Positions 9,880 to 18,651 of a stretch of DNA of 64,000 nucleotides are shown here, piece by piece (the stretch's first letter is position 1; each line of letters starts with the position of its first letter). Position numbers and translations under genes: made by a program. The DNA comes from Patescibacteria group bacterium (lineage in GTDB: Bacteria > Patescibacteriota > Minisyncoccia > Phycocordibacterales > CSBR16-119): positions 1,676-65,675 of the forward strand of contig JBPOJJ010000002.1 of the NCBI GenBank assembly GCA_052033715.1. Reading direction: 5' to 3'. Below the pieces are notes generated by a model, which was not told where the DNA came from, made no database searches, and worked only from the letters and a program-made list of their open reading frames with translations.

Positions 9880-10850
9880 TAACTACCGAACTATACAAAG
9901 GACAGGGTCTAGGTAACCAATTGTGGTGCTACGTAGTCACTCGAGCTATTGCCAAAAAACGCGGCTTTGATTTTGGTATTGAGTCTCCTCAGAATTTCAA
10001 AGGAGGAGATTTTATGCAACTAGATTTCGGTCAAAAACCGATTCGTATTTTAAATACTTATCATGAACGTTCGATGTTCCACCCCATTAACAATGCTGAC
10101 ATCACCTTGCACGACCCGGGGCTATTGCGTGTTTCCGATAACACAAAAATCCTCGGAGTCATGCAAGACGAAAAATATATTTCTGAATACAAAGACGAAA
10201 TCCGAGAATGGCTTATAATAAAAGACATCGACGTAAGCGATTGCATTGATGAAAATACCTGCGTACTGAATTTTCGCGGGGGCGAATATGCCAGACACCC
10301 AGAAATATACCTTCAGAAAAAATATTGGATTGATGCGATAAACAACATGAAAGAATTATTTCCGGGATTAAAATTTATCGTTATAACCGATGACGTGAAA
10401 GCTGCTCGAGAAATGTTGCCCGAAATATCTGCATATCACTTTGATATCGCCAAAGACTACACTGTAATCTCAAAAGCTAATTATTTAATCCTTTCCAACT
10501 CCAGCTTCGCCTGGTTTCCAGCCTGGTTATCAAAAAATTTAAAATATTGCATCGCGCCAAAATACTGGGGTAGGCACAACATTTCCGACGGTTACTGGAG
10601 CGCAGGCTATAATATAACCAGTGGATGGATGTACCAAGACCGCGATGGAAAATTGCAAAATTACGATTCCTGTCTACAAGAGTTTGAAACATATATAAAA
10701 AATCACTCAAACTACTTTGCCGAAAACAACGCGACGAGTCGACAACGCCCCAGAAACAACATCGTGTTATTTTTAAAGAAAAAAATTGGAGAAATATTGC
10801 CGGAGAGGACAAAAAATTTAATTTTCAAAACCTTTCGAATAAAAAAATAA
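9876..10850 (+). CDS. GT11-family alpha-1,2-fucosyltransferase
   Basis: 324 aa; GT11 motif I variant GQGLGNQLWCY and motif LILSNSSFAWFPAWL (cf. canonical SNSSFSWWAAWL). Confidence 0.7.
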   Translation: MITTELYKGQGLGNQLWCYVVTRAIAKKRGFDFGIESPQNFKGGDFMQLDFGQKPIRILNTYHERSMFHPINNADITLHDPGLLRVSDNTKILGVMQDEKYISEYKDEIREWLIIKDIDVSDCIDENTCVLNFRGGEYARHPEIYLQKKYWIDAINNMKELFPGLKFIVITDDVKAAREMLPEISAYHFDIAKDYTVISKANYLILSNSSFAWFPAWLSKNLKYCIAPKYWGRHNISDGYWSAGYNITSGWMYQDRDGKLQNYDSCLQEFETYIKNHSNYFAENNATSRQRPRNNIVLFLKKKIGEILPERTKNLIFKTFRIKK

Positions 10851-10871
10851 ATTATTAATTAAAATAAAAAT

Positions 10872-11879
10872 ATGGAAACAAAAAAAATATTAATAACGGG
10901 TGTAGCGGGACTATTTGGTTCACATCTGTCTACCTATCTACTGGATAAAGGATACGAAGTGATCGGAATTGACAATTTATCTGGTGGCTACGATGATTTT
11001 GTAGACGAACGATTAAAAAATAGTGCTCGTTTTTACGCCACAGATTTGCTTGATACGGCAACTATAGAAAAAATATTCTCTGAACATAAGCCCGATTTCG
11101 TATATCATTTTGCGGCGTATGCGGCTGAAGGACTTTCTCCGTTTATTCGAAATTTTAATTACAAAAATAATCTGATTTGCTCCGTGAATATTATTAATGC
11201 CTGTATAAAACACAATGTAAAAAAAATCATATTTACTTCTTCTATGGCGGTTTATGGACACGGCGTACCGCCTTTCAAAGAAGATCAAACGCCCACCCCA
11301 GCTGACCCATACGGAATTGCAAAATACGCAGTAGAGATGGATATTATTCAAGCGTGTGAGCAATTCAAACTTAATTATACAATTGTGCGCCCGCACAATG
11401 TTATCGGCACCAGACAAAATATTTGGGATAAATATAGAAATGTAATTGGTATATGGATTCGCGAATCACTTCAAAATGGAACGCTTCTCGTCTTTGGAGA
11501 TGGTGAACAAACGAGAGCCTTTTCGGATATTAAATATTACATGGAGCCTTTTGAAAAATTATTATACAAAGCAGATGGCGAAATTCTAAATCTGGGGGCC
11601 GACAAAGAATTCAAATTAAATATGATTGCAGCGCTGGTAAAAAAGGTAGCAAACGAACTTGGATATAATCCTGATATCAAGCACGCCGAACAACGCAACG
11701 AAGTAAAAGATGCTTACTGTGATCATGCTAAAGCAAAGGACTTACTCGGATTCAGTGATGCAACCGACATAGAACAAACGGTTCGAGAAATGTTCGTTTG
11801 GGCAAAAGCTCAGCCGGCTAGAGAAGTGAAAAGAATGGATTACGAAATTGAAAAAAATATATATAGTTTTTGGAAATAG
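10872..11879 (+). CDS. NAD-dependent epimerase/dehydratase (SDR superfamily, UDP-sugar 4-epimerase/decarboxylase-like)
   Basis: 335 aa; GxxGxxG (TGVAGLFGS), catalytic YxxxK (YGIAKYA). Confidence 0.85.
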   Translation: METKKILITGVAGLFGSHLSTYLLDKGYEVIGIDNLSGGYDDFVDERLKNSARFYATDLLDTATIEKIFSEHKPDFVYHFAAYAAEGLSPFIRNFNYKNNLICSVNIINACIKHNVKKIIFTSSMAVYGHGVPPFKEDQTPTPADPYGIAKYAVEMDIIQACEQFKLNYTIVRPHNVIGTRQNIWDKYRNVIGIWIRESLQNGTLLVFGDGEQTRAFSDIKYYMEPFEKLLYKADGEILNLGADKEFKLNMIAALVKKVANELGYNPDIKHAEQRNEVKDAYCDHAKAKDLLGFSDATDIEQTVREMFVWAKAQPAREVKRMDYEIEKNIYSFWK

Positions 11880-11898
11880 TGAGAATAAGCGAATAGAC

Positions 11899-12834
11899 GA
11901 TATGAAATTAGGAAAAATACTACACAAAATAAGAACGCTACTCCGTAGTTTTAAATACGACCTACTTTCGACGACGCAGGAAAAACTAAGCGAAGAAGAC
12001 ATCTCGACTATCCGAGAGTATCGGAAAAATATAAAGATTTATGATATCTTTACTTACAATGGCGAAGCAGATATCCTGGAAATCCACTTGAACGTCCTTT
12101 ACGAACATGTCGATATGTTCGTAATAATCGAAGCCCCGACAACATTTTCCGGCCAGAAAAAACCTCTCTACTTCGAAGAACAAAAAGAGCGATTCAAACC
12201 ATTTTTAGATAAAATAAAATATTTTGTAATCGATGATTATCCAAATGATCCGGAAATCTGCGCGTTGGCCGATATAAGCATATCGGTACCCAAAGGCGGT
12301 CCAGAACACTGGCGTCGAGAGTTCTACCAGAAAGAAAGTATAAAAAAAGCCCTTACAGAACTGTGCGATGTCGACATTTGCTTCGTCGGCGACGTCGATG
12401 AAATATGGGACCCAAAAACTATTGTTGATTACCGAAAGGACGACATCTTTAAGCTTGAACAGACTGTTTACACTTATTTTCTAAACAATCGCTCAAACCA
12501 ATATTGGGCGGGCACAATTGTCACCAAGTACAAAAACGTAAAAAATTCCTGCTTAAATAACTTACGAAACAAAACAAATACAAAATATACTTATGTGAAG
12601 AACGGTGGCTGGCATTTTACCAATATGGGCGGCATAGAAGAAATACGAAGAAAACTAAATGATTCGTACACCGAAGAAAGTTACAATTCGAAAGAAATCC
12701 AAGACAATCTGACCAAACGATTCGGAAAAAAAGACTATGTGGGCAGGAGTCATAAATATAAGATCGATGAAAGCGCTCTCCCCGACTACGTGATCAGGCA
12801 AAGACAGGCTTACAAAAATCTATTCAAAGAATAG
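11899..12834 (+). CDS. GT17-like glycosyltransferase (beta-1,4-GlcNAc-transferase III-like fold)
   Basis: ~311 aa from the ATG at 11899; the track ORF begins at 11848 with a non-ATG codon inside the upstream gene. Matches the GT17 pattern FTYNGEADILEIHLNVLYEHVDMFVIIEAPTTFSGQKKP. Confidence 0.5.
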   Translation, partial: DMKLGKILHKIRTLLRSFKYDLLSTTQEKLSEEDISTIREYRKNIKIYDIFTYNGEADILEIHLNVLYEHVDMFVIIEAPTTFSGQKKPLYFEEQKERFKPFLDKIKYFVIDDYPNDPEICALADISISVPKGGPEHWRREFYQKESIKKALTELCDVDICFVGDVDEIWDPKTIVDYRKDDIFKLEQTVYTYFLNNRSNQYWAGTIVTKYKNVKNSCLNNLRNKTNTKYTYVKNGGWHFTNMGGIEEIRRKLNDSYTEESYNSKEIQDNLTKRFGKKDYVGRSHKYKIDESALPDYVIRQRQAYKNLFKE

Positions 12835-12860
12835 GTTATTTGTGATAATATAGGCCAATT

Positions 12861-13631
12861 ATGACAAAGTCTTTTATCGGTAGATGCGCGAAAGTGATCC
12901 GTGAAAAAGGGATCGTGGGCTTTATCAAAAAGATAAACGCCAGGCATTTTGATCCTCTCAAAGTAGTTTTTTATCCATATATTAATTTACGAATTTCGTC
13001 CGTAATAAAACAAAAATTCACGGCCGAAAAAGCAGTTAATTTTGTTTTTCATCGCTTCGGAGCATTTTTGAAACCCTACCAATTTAAGTCAGAAATTCTG
13101 GCGCTCGCAAAAACGGTTGAAGCTCTTCGTCCAAAGATCGTGCTCGAGGTGGGAACTTCGACTGGCGGAACTTTCTTCATCTGGTCGAGACTGTCGACCC
13201 CTGACGCGCATCTGGTTAGTGTCGACTTGCCCGGCGGAGAAAATGACTGGGCTTTTCCTCGTTGGAAAGAACCTTTCTATAAAAAATTCGCTTTGCCTCC
13301 GCAAAAAATTAATCTCTTGCGTGGGGATTCCCAGACACAAGAAATGCTTGAAAAAGTAAAAAATATCTTGGTCGGAGAAAAAGTGGATCTGCTTTTCATC
13401 GACGCCGATCATAGTTACGAGGGCGTCAAGAAAGATTACGAGCTTTATTCCCCGCTCATGAGAAGCGGAGGCGTCATTGCTTTCCACGACATCGTCAAAT
13501 TCCCCGACTACACCCAGGTTAAGGTAAAAGACTTTTGGGACGAAGTAAAAGCTGGCAAGAAATTCGAGGAATACATAGAAGATCCGGATCAAAAATGGGG
13601 AGGCATCGGCGTAATCTTCGTCGGAGAATAA
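12861..13631 (+). CDS. class I SAM-dependent methyltransferase (CmcI/Methyltransf_24-like O-methyltransferase)
   Basis: 256 aa; IVLEVGTSTGG SAM motif I; DLLFIDADH...GGVIAFHD. Confidence 0.65.
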   Translation: MTKSFIGRCAKVIREKGIVGFIKKINARHFDPLKVVFYPYINLRISSVIKQKFTAEKAVNFVFHRFGAFLKPYQFKSEILALAKTVEALRPKIVLEVGTSTGGTFFIWSRLSTPDAHLVSVDLPGGENDWAFPRWKEPFYKKFALPPQKINLLRGDSQTQEMLEKVKNILVGEKVDLLFIDADHSYEGVKKDYELYSPLMRSGGVIAFHDIVKFPDYTQVKVKDFWDEVKAGKKFEEYIEDPDQKWGGIGVIFVGE

Positions 13632-13639
13632 TCAAAAAG

Positions 13640-14332
13640 ATGAAAAAAATCGAGAAAAATTTCTTGGTGATCTCCAGTTACAATAACGATGTAAGCTGGG
13701 TGCCGACGTACACGGAAAACTATGTCATTTATGACCGGAGCGATATAGAAGTGCCTCACGAAGGGGTCGATCCTAAAAAACTAATAAAGTCTCCGAACGT
13801 TGGCTACAATTTATACGACTACTTCACTTTCATAATCGATAATTACGAAAACCTCCCCGACTGCATTATTTTCGCCAAAGGCAACATCTTCCCTCGCCAC
13901 CTGAGACAAGAATATTTTGATTCGGTCATGAATAATGATTTTTTCACACCCTTAATAGATCGAAAAATGCACGGGAGGTCTTCTTGGCCGATTTCTTTTT
14001 TTGATAAAAAAGATGGGCTTTTCCACGAGTTGAATACAAGTTGGTACACAAAATATTTCAAAACAAAATATTTCAAAAAATATCTTGACTTTTTGAGGTT
14101 CTGCTTTAAAAATCAAGTCTGGCAAATATATACTCGGTTCGCCCCAGGAGCAAATTATATAGTTACCAAGGAACATATTCTAAGATTACCGAAAGTTTTT
14201 TATGAGAATCTTCGAACTTTTGTTTCTCACACAACCCTACCGGGCGAAGCGCATATCGTCGAGCGCGCACTATATGATATATGGAATAAAGATTATAAAA
14301 TATCAGAAAAAATGTTAACAAAAATAAAATGA
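13640..14332 (+). CDS. hypothetical protein (glycan-locus associated)
   Basis: 230 aa from ATG at 13640 preceded by GGAGA RBS; the track ORF start at 13535 is an upstream extension overlapping the methyltransferase. Confidence 0.45.
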   Translation: MKKIEKNFLVISSYNNDVSWVPTYTENYVIYDRSDIEVPHEGVDPKKLIKSPNVGYNLYDYFTFIIDNYENLPDCIIFAKGNIFPRHLRQEYFDSVMNNDFFTPLIDRKMHGRSSWPISFFDKKDGLFHELNTSWYTKYFKTKYFKKYLDFLRFCFKNQVWQIYTRFAPGANYIVTKEHILRLPKVFYENLRTFVSHTTLPGEAHIVERALYDIWNKDYKISEKMLTKIK

Positions 14333-14952
14333 CAAGAATTGAAATCATAAACGCCCTTATAAAGAAAAACGGTTACCAAAGTTATTTGGAAATCGGCGTC
14401 AATACTCCTGCTCAGCCCGGCTACAGTCATACCAGTATTGAAATTGCCACCAAGCACGGAGTTGACCCGGCGGTCGATACGACTTTCCGAATGACTTCTG
14501 ATGAATTTTTCGTGCAAAATACGAATACTTACGACATAATTTTTGTCGATGGATTACACATCTTCGATCAAGCGCATCGAGACATCGTAAACAGTCTGAA
14601 ATTTTTAAATAACAACGGCACGATCGTCGTCCACGACTGTTACCCACGCCGAGAGGTTACTCAACGGCCCGTTCGCGCCTCGAGCGTTTGGCACGGAGAT
14701 GTCTGGAAAGCTATTCTTAAGCTTCGTACAGAAAATCCCGACATAGAGATCTATACAATCAATGCCGACGAAGGTTGCGCCATCATCCGGAAAGGTCACC
14801 AAGAACTCTTCAGGCCAAAATGGAATGGAGATTTTTATACGTACGACTTTTTCAAGAAAAACAAAAAAGAGGTTTTGAATCTCATAAGTGTCAAAGAATT
14901 CAAGAAAAAAATAGGCCTTCCTCTGGCTTGGTACGAAAAAATTTTCGGCTAA
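14329..14952 (+). CDS. class I SAM-dependent methyltransferase (Methyltransf_24-like)
   Basis: 207 aa; YLEIGVNTPAQ; YDIIFVDGLH...GTIVVHD; 4-nt overlap with upstream gene. Confidence 0.6.
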   Translation: MTRIEIINALIKKNGYQSYLEIGVNTPAQPGYSHTSIEIATKHGVDPAVDTTFRMTSDEFFVQNTNTYDIIFVDGLHIFDQAHRDIVNSLKFLNNNGTIVVHDCYPRREVTQRPVRASSVWHGDVWKAILKLRTENPDIEIYTINADEGCAIIRKGHQELFRPKWNGDFYTYDFFKKNKKEVLNLISVKEFKKKIGLPLAWYEKIFG

Positions 14953-15767
14953 ATTTTCTTGTGAATTCTCAATAGTAATCCCTTTAGACTGGGAGGCACA
15001 ATGCTAAAAATCGGTAGAAAAATTATTTTTGCCCAGCCCAACAGAAGAGCCGACATATAATTTGGATAAAAAGCCTTATTCTCCTTGGCAAGACGCATAT
15101 TCTGCCTGAGTCTTAGAATTTTATTCTGAGAATTTACTCCTTTTGTATGGAAAAGATATTTAACAGAATACTCTGGCAAGTTGGCGAATTTGCCTACCCG
15201 ACCGAGTCGCAACCAAAGATCGTGATCTTCCAGAATCTTTTCGTGTAAATAACCTCCGATTTCTTTGACTATTTTCGTTCTGAATAGGACGCTCGTGTGA
15301 ATAAAACAATTCATCCGAAGGATCTTTCTTCTTATTTCCGAATCAGTTTTTGGTAATAAATATCGAGTTATTTCTTCGCCATCCTCGTCAACAACAATCG
15401 CACCCGTACCAACCAATAAATAATCCGAATGTTTATCTAGTAAAGAAACTTGTTTTTTCAACTTATCCATATCTATCCATTCGTCGTCGGCATCCAGCCT
15501 AGCGATGTATTCTCCTTTCGCCAAACCAAGTCCAATATTTAAAGTTTCGGCCAGACCCAAATTTTTGCCGTTTTTTAAATAAATAATTCTTTGATCTTGT
15601 GGTACAAGTGATGAAACTATTTGTTCTGTGTTGTCAGTAGAGCAATCGTTTATGACAAGTAATTCGAAGTCGTTAAAGGACTGTCCCAGAGCACTTCGAA
15701 TTGATTTCTCAATCCATTTGTTACCATTATATACTGGTAACAATATTGTAATTTTCGGATAATTCAT
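14949..15767 (-). CDS. family 2 glycosyltransferase
   Basis: 272 aa; ITILLPVYNG...FELLVINDCSTDNT; DxD (RLDADDEW). Confidence 0.8.
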   Translation of the reverse strand: MNYPKITILLPVYNGNKWIEKSIRSALGQSFNDFELLVINDCSTDNTEQIVSSLVPQDQRIIYLKNGKNLGLAETLNIGLGLAKGEYIARLDADDEWIDMDKLKKQVSLLDKHSDYLLVGTGAIVVDEDGEEITRYLLPKTDSEIRRKILRMNCFIHTSVLFRTKIVKEIGGYLHEKILEDHDLWLRLGRVGKFANLPEYSVKYLFHTKGVNSQNKILRLRQNMRLAKENKAFYPNYMSALLLGWAKIIFLPIFSIVPPSLKGLLLRIHKKI

Positions 15768-15769
15768 GA

Positions 15770-16648
15770 CTATATTTTAATCCAATTTTGTGGAATTCTG
15801 TGACTCGTATCAATAGACTTATCACCGAACCAAGCCTTTGGCGCTATAACAATTTTATCAGAATTTTCGGCAAGCCAAGCTGCCCACCAAGAAAAGCTAC
15901 TGTTAGCGATGATGAAATGTTTACACGATTTCATGAGCTCGAATTGTCCCGACGCACGTTCTCCAGAACATTCTTCGCCAACGAAAGTTGTTGGCCGTCC
16001 AAAAGAAATATTTTCTTTGCACCAATTTATGTCATCAGAAAAGACGTAGATGTGTTCGATGTTCGTTTTCTCAGTCAAAAGATTTACGGCCTGAGTGTAG
16101 TAGTCTTTGGAAACAACATCATGGAACTTGTTACCAACATAATCACCTCGCCGCACATGCACACATACGGAATTCTGGCTTTCAATTTCCTTTTTCAAAG
16201 ATTTTATATTTTCTGGAAGTAGATTCTTTAAAAAGAAGTCTTTTCGAATAGTGTCAGCAATCAATTCAAAGTATTTATAACTCTGCCAATAACCATCAAT
16301 GTAGGCATTCGGACCAAGATCAAGGACTTCTGGATTAAATTTGAAACCCCTTTCTCTGCCCCGCCCACCAAACAAATTTCTACGTAACTTGTTTAAAATT
16401 GCGCCAAAAAATCCACCCCCGCAAGACCTATGCCAAAATGGCAATGACCGCTGATCAATGATTCTGGCTTCGACACCAAACAAATCAAGATCGTAGCTAC
16501 GAAAAGTAAATCCCTTTCTTGGGGTTCGATCTAGCAAATCGTAAATGTCGAGCCCGAGCGTAGTTTTGTTCTTAATAGCCAGAGCGCGACCCAGAGCATA
16601 CTGAAACATCTGATTACCCATTCCACCAGAAAGCCGTACGATAATCAT
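15770..16648 (-). CDS. GT11-family alpha-1,2-fucosyltransferase
   Basis: 292 aa; canonical GT11 motif I SGGMGNQMFQYA and motif IIANSSFSWWAAWL. Confidence 0.85.
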   Translation of the reverse strand: MIIVRLSGGMGNQMFQYALGRALAIKNKTTLGLDIYDLLDRTPRKGFTFRSYDLDLFGVEARIIDQRSLPFWHRSCGGGFFGAILNKLRRNLFGGRGRERGFKFNPEVLDLGPNAYIDGYWQSYKYFELIADTIRKDFFLKNLLPENIKSLKKEIESQNSVCVHVRRGDYVGNKFHDVVSKDYYTQAVNLLTEKTNIEHIYVFSDDINWCKENISFGRPTTFVGEECSGERASGQFELMKSCKHFIIANSSFSWWAAWLAENSDKIVIAPKAWFGDKSIDTSHRIPQNWIKI

Positions 16649-16651
16649 AAA

Positions 16652-18580
16652 TTAAATTTTATTACCGAAAAGCTCCTCGAACCTATTTAGATAATTTTGT
16701 GATTGCACAACTTTCGGATTTATATCGTGGGCCTTTTTATAATATTCATATGATTTTTTGAAATTATCATCATGAAGATAGACTTGGCCATAGGTCCAGT
16801 AAACTCGAGGATTATTTGGTGCCAGCTTTTCTGCCCGCTCAAGATATTTCAAAACACGATCAACTTTGTCTTTGGTTATTTCATCTGTGATTGTCATTTC
16901 GAAATTCAAAAGTTCTGCAGATACTAGCCACAGTCTGGCATGATTTCCCGCAACACCTTCCAAAGAATCCACAGTATTCAAGAAGTCATGTATTTCTTTT
17001 TGGGTAGTTTTGATCATTTCTGGGCTATTCATTATTTTCGAAGCATGTTCACGATAAGCCGACATCATAACAGAAGCTAAGTATCCAACATCTCCGCCAT
17101 TGCCCATTGGAGAGATTTGTATAAGCTCAGCGAATTTTACTTGTCTGTCAACGCCAACACTAAGCGAACTGATTATCGCCTTCGATTTTTTGAGCGGGTT
17201 ATGAACGAAGGAAATCCAACAAAAGACAAAGGCGGCGAGGCATAGGGCAACTATTGCAAAATTTTTATTATCCGACGCTCCTTTGCTGCTAGTTGAGCCA
17301 GAAGATCCAAAAGCAAGTCCGACAAACAGACCGAACATCACAAATAGCAACGTCCACGTATGGACCATATCAAACAATATTAACGCCTGAAGAATGTAGG
17401 CCACAAACATCCCTATAAACAGCCCGAGAGTAATTCGATCAAATATCTTCTTGTGATAAAGATAAATCGGTAGAAATAAAAGTGAAATCAAGAATACTAA
17501 ATATAATATTCCGCCGACAAATCCTCCAATAACGAATGCCTCTAGAACGGAATTGTGTGGTTTATCTGTCCAAATTTCTGGCACGCCCGGTATTTCTAGA
17601 AGTTTTGGATTAAAATGTTTGGTAAATGCTACGACGTAATTCTCAGACCCCCAACCAAAAACCGGTCGATCTTTTATACCATCAACGGCAGCCTCCCAAA
17701 AGATAAAACGACTATTTGTTGCGGCTTCAGCGAAGGCGTTATGAACTTTTGAATCCGGGCGTAACAGAGCTGCGCCGATTACTACTCCACCCGCAAGAAT
17801 TAGTCCAAGTAAAGAAAAGCCCAAAATTTTAATCGTCTGTCTGACGTGGGTTGCAAGATAAATTCCAAATGCCACAATGGCTCCTATCAAAATACCTCCT
17901 ATGGAACCACGGGCCATGACAGCCACCGGCGAAACAAGAATGGCAATAAGACCAATAGTTATCCAAATTTTGCTTTTACGGTCAGATTTTCCAAGTAGAA
18001 ATACTGCGCCCAGAAAAAGAGAGAAGATCAGGTAAGCTCCAGAAAAAGATGAGTTACCAAATAAATCTCCGCTATTTGGTCCATCAAAAAGGAACAATGA
18101 AGGAATGTTTATAAGGTGCTCGTTAATAAACGTTGAAAGCGCAATAATAATTCCTGAATAAAAGACCGTTCGACAAATCTTGTACAGAAAATCCTTCCCG
18201 TGAAATCGGACCAAAGAAGCAATCACGATACCAAAGACCAAACAGTGATAAAGGAATATTAGTCCGGTGGCTCGCTCAAATGTTCCCCAGAAAGCAATGT
18301 TCGGTACCGGCGCAAAAATGGCACTAACGGTAAGCGAGACCATTAAAAGCATTGGTAACAGAAGCACGAGAACTTGTTTTCTAGACAATCGATACCGATC
18401 GTCTGTAATAGCCAGATAGGCCCAGAGGAAAAATGTAAGCTCGGCAAAGCCCATGAAGAAGAAGCTTTTGGATGAAATAAAAGGATAGAGCCGACCAGAA
18501 AACAAAGCCAAGGGTGTAGCAAAAATAGTAAGAAGCGTCAAAAACGACAGGGCTTTCTCGGCAAACGTAGCATCTTTCAT
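16652..18580 (-). CDS. Wzy/O-antigen ligase-like polymerase with C-terminal TPR-repeat periplasmic domain
   Basis: 642 aa; ~12 TM helices then soluble TPR-like C-terminus (YYKKAHDINPK...); last gene of glycan locus. Confidence 0.6.
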   Translation of the reverse strand: MKDATFAEKALSFLTLLTIFATPLALFSGRLYPFISSKSFFFMGFAELTFFLWAYLAITDDRYRLSRKQVLVLLLPMLLMVSLTVSAIFAPVPNIAFWGTFERATGLIFLYHCLVFGIVIASLVRFHGKDFLYKICRTVFYSGIIIALSTFINEHLINIPSLFLFDGPNSGDLFGNSSFSGAYLIFSLFLGAVFLLGKSDRKSKIWITIGLIAILVSPVAVMARGSIGGILIGAIVAFGIYLATHVRQTIKILGFSLLGLILAGGVVIGAALLRPDSKVHNAFAEAATNSRFIFWEAAVDGIKDRPVFGWGSENYVVAFTKHFNPKLLEIPGVPEIWTDKPHNSVLEAFVIGGFVGGILYLVFLISLLFLPIYLYHKKIFDRITLGLFIGMFVAYILQALILFDMVHTWTLLFVMFGLFVGLAFGSSGSTSSKGASDNKNFAIVALCLAAFVFCWISFVHNPLKKSKAIISSLSVGVDRQVKFAELIQISPMGNGGDVGYLASVMMSAYREHASKIMNSPEMIKTTQKEIHDFLNTVDSLEGVAGNHARLWLVSAELLNFEMTITDEITKDKVDRVLKYLERAEKLAPNNPRVYWTYGQVYLHDDNFKKSYEYYKKAHDINPKVVQSQNYLNRFEELFGNKI

Positions 18581-18651
18581 ACCCCAATTCTACACAAAAA
18601 TACCTCACGAACAAGGCCCTCGAAGGAGGGCCATGCTCTAAAAAGAACTCG

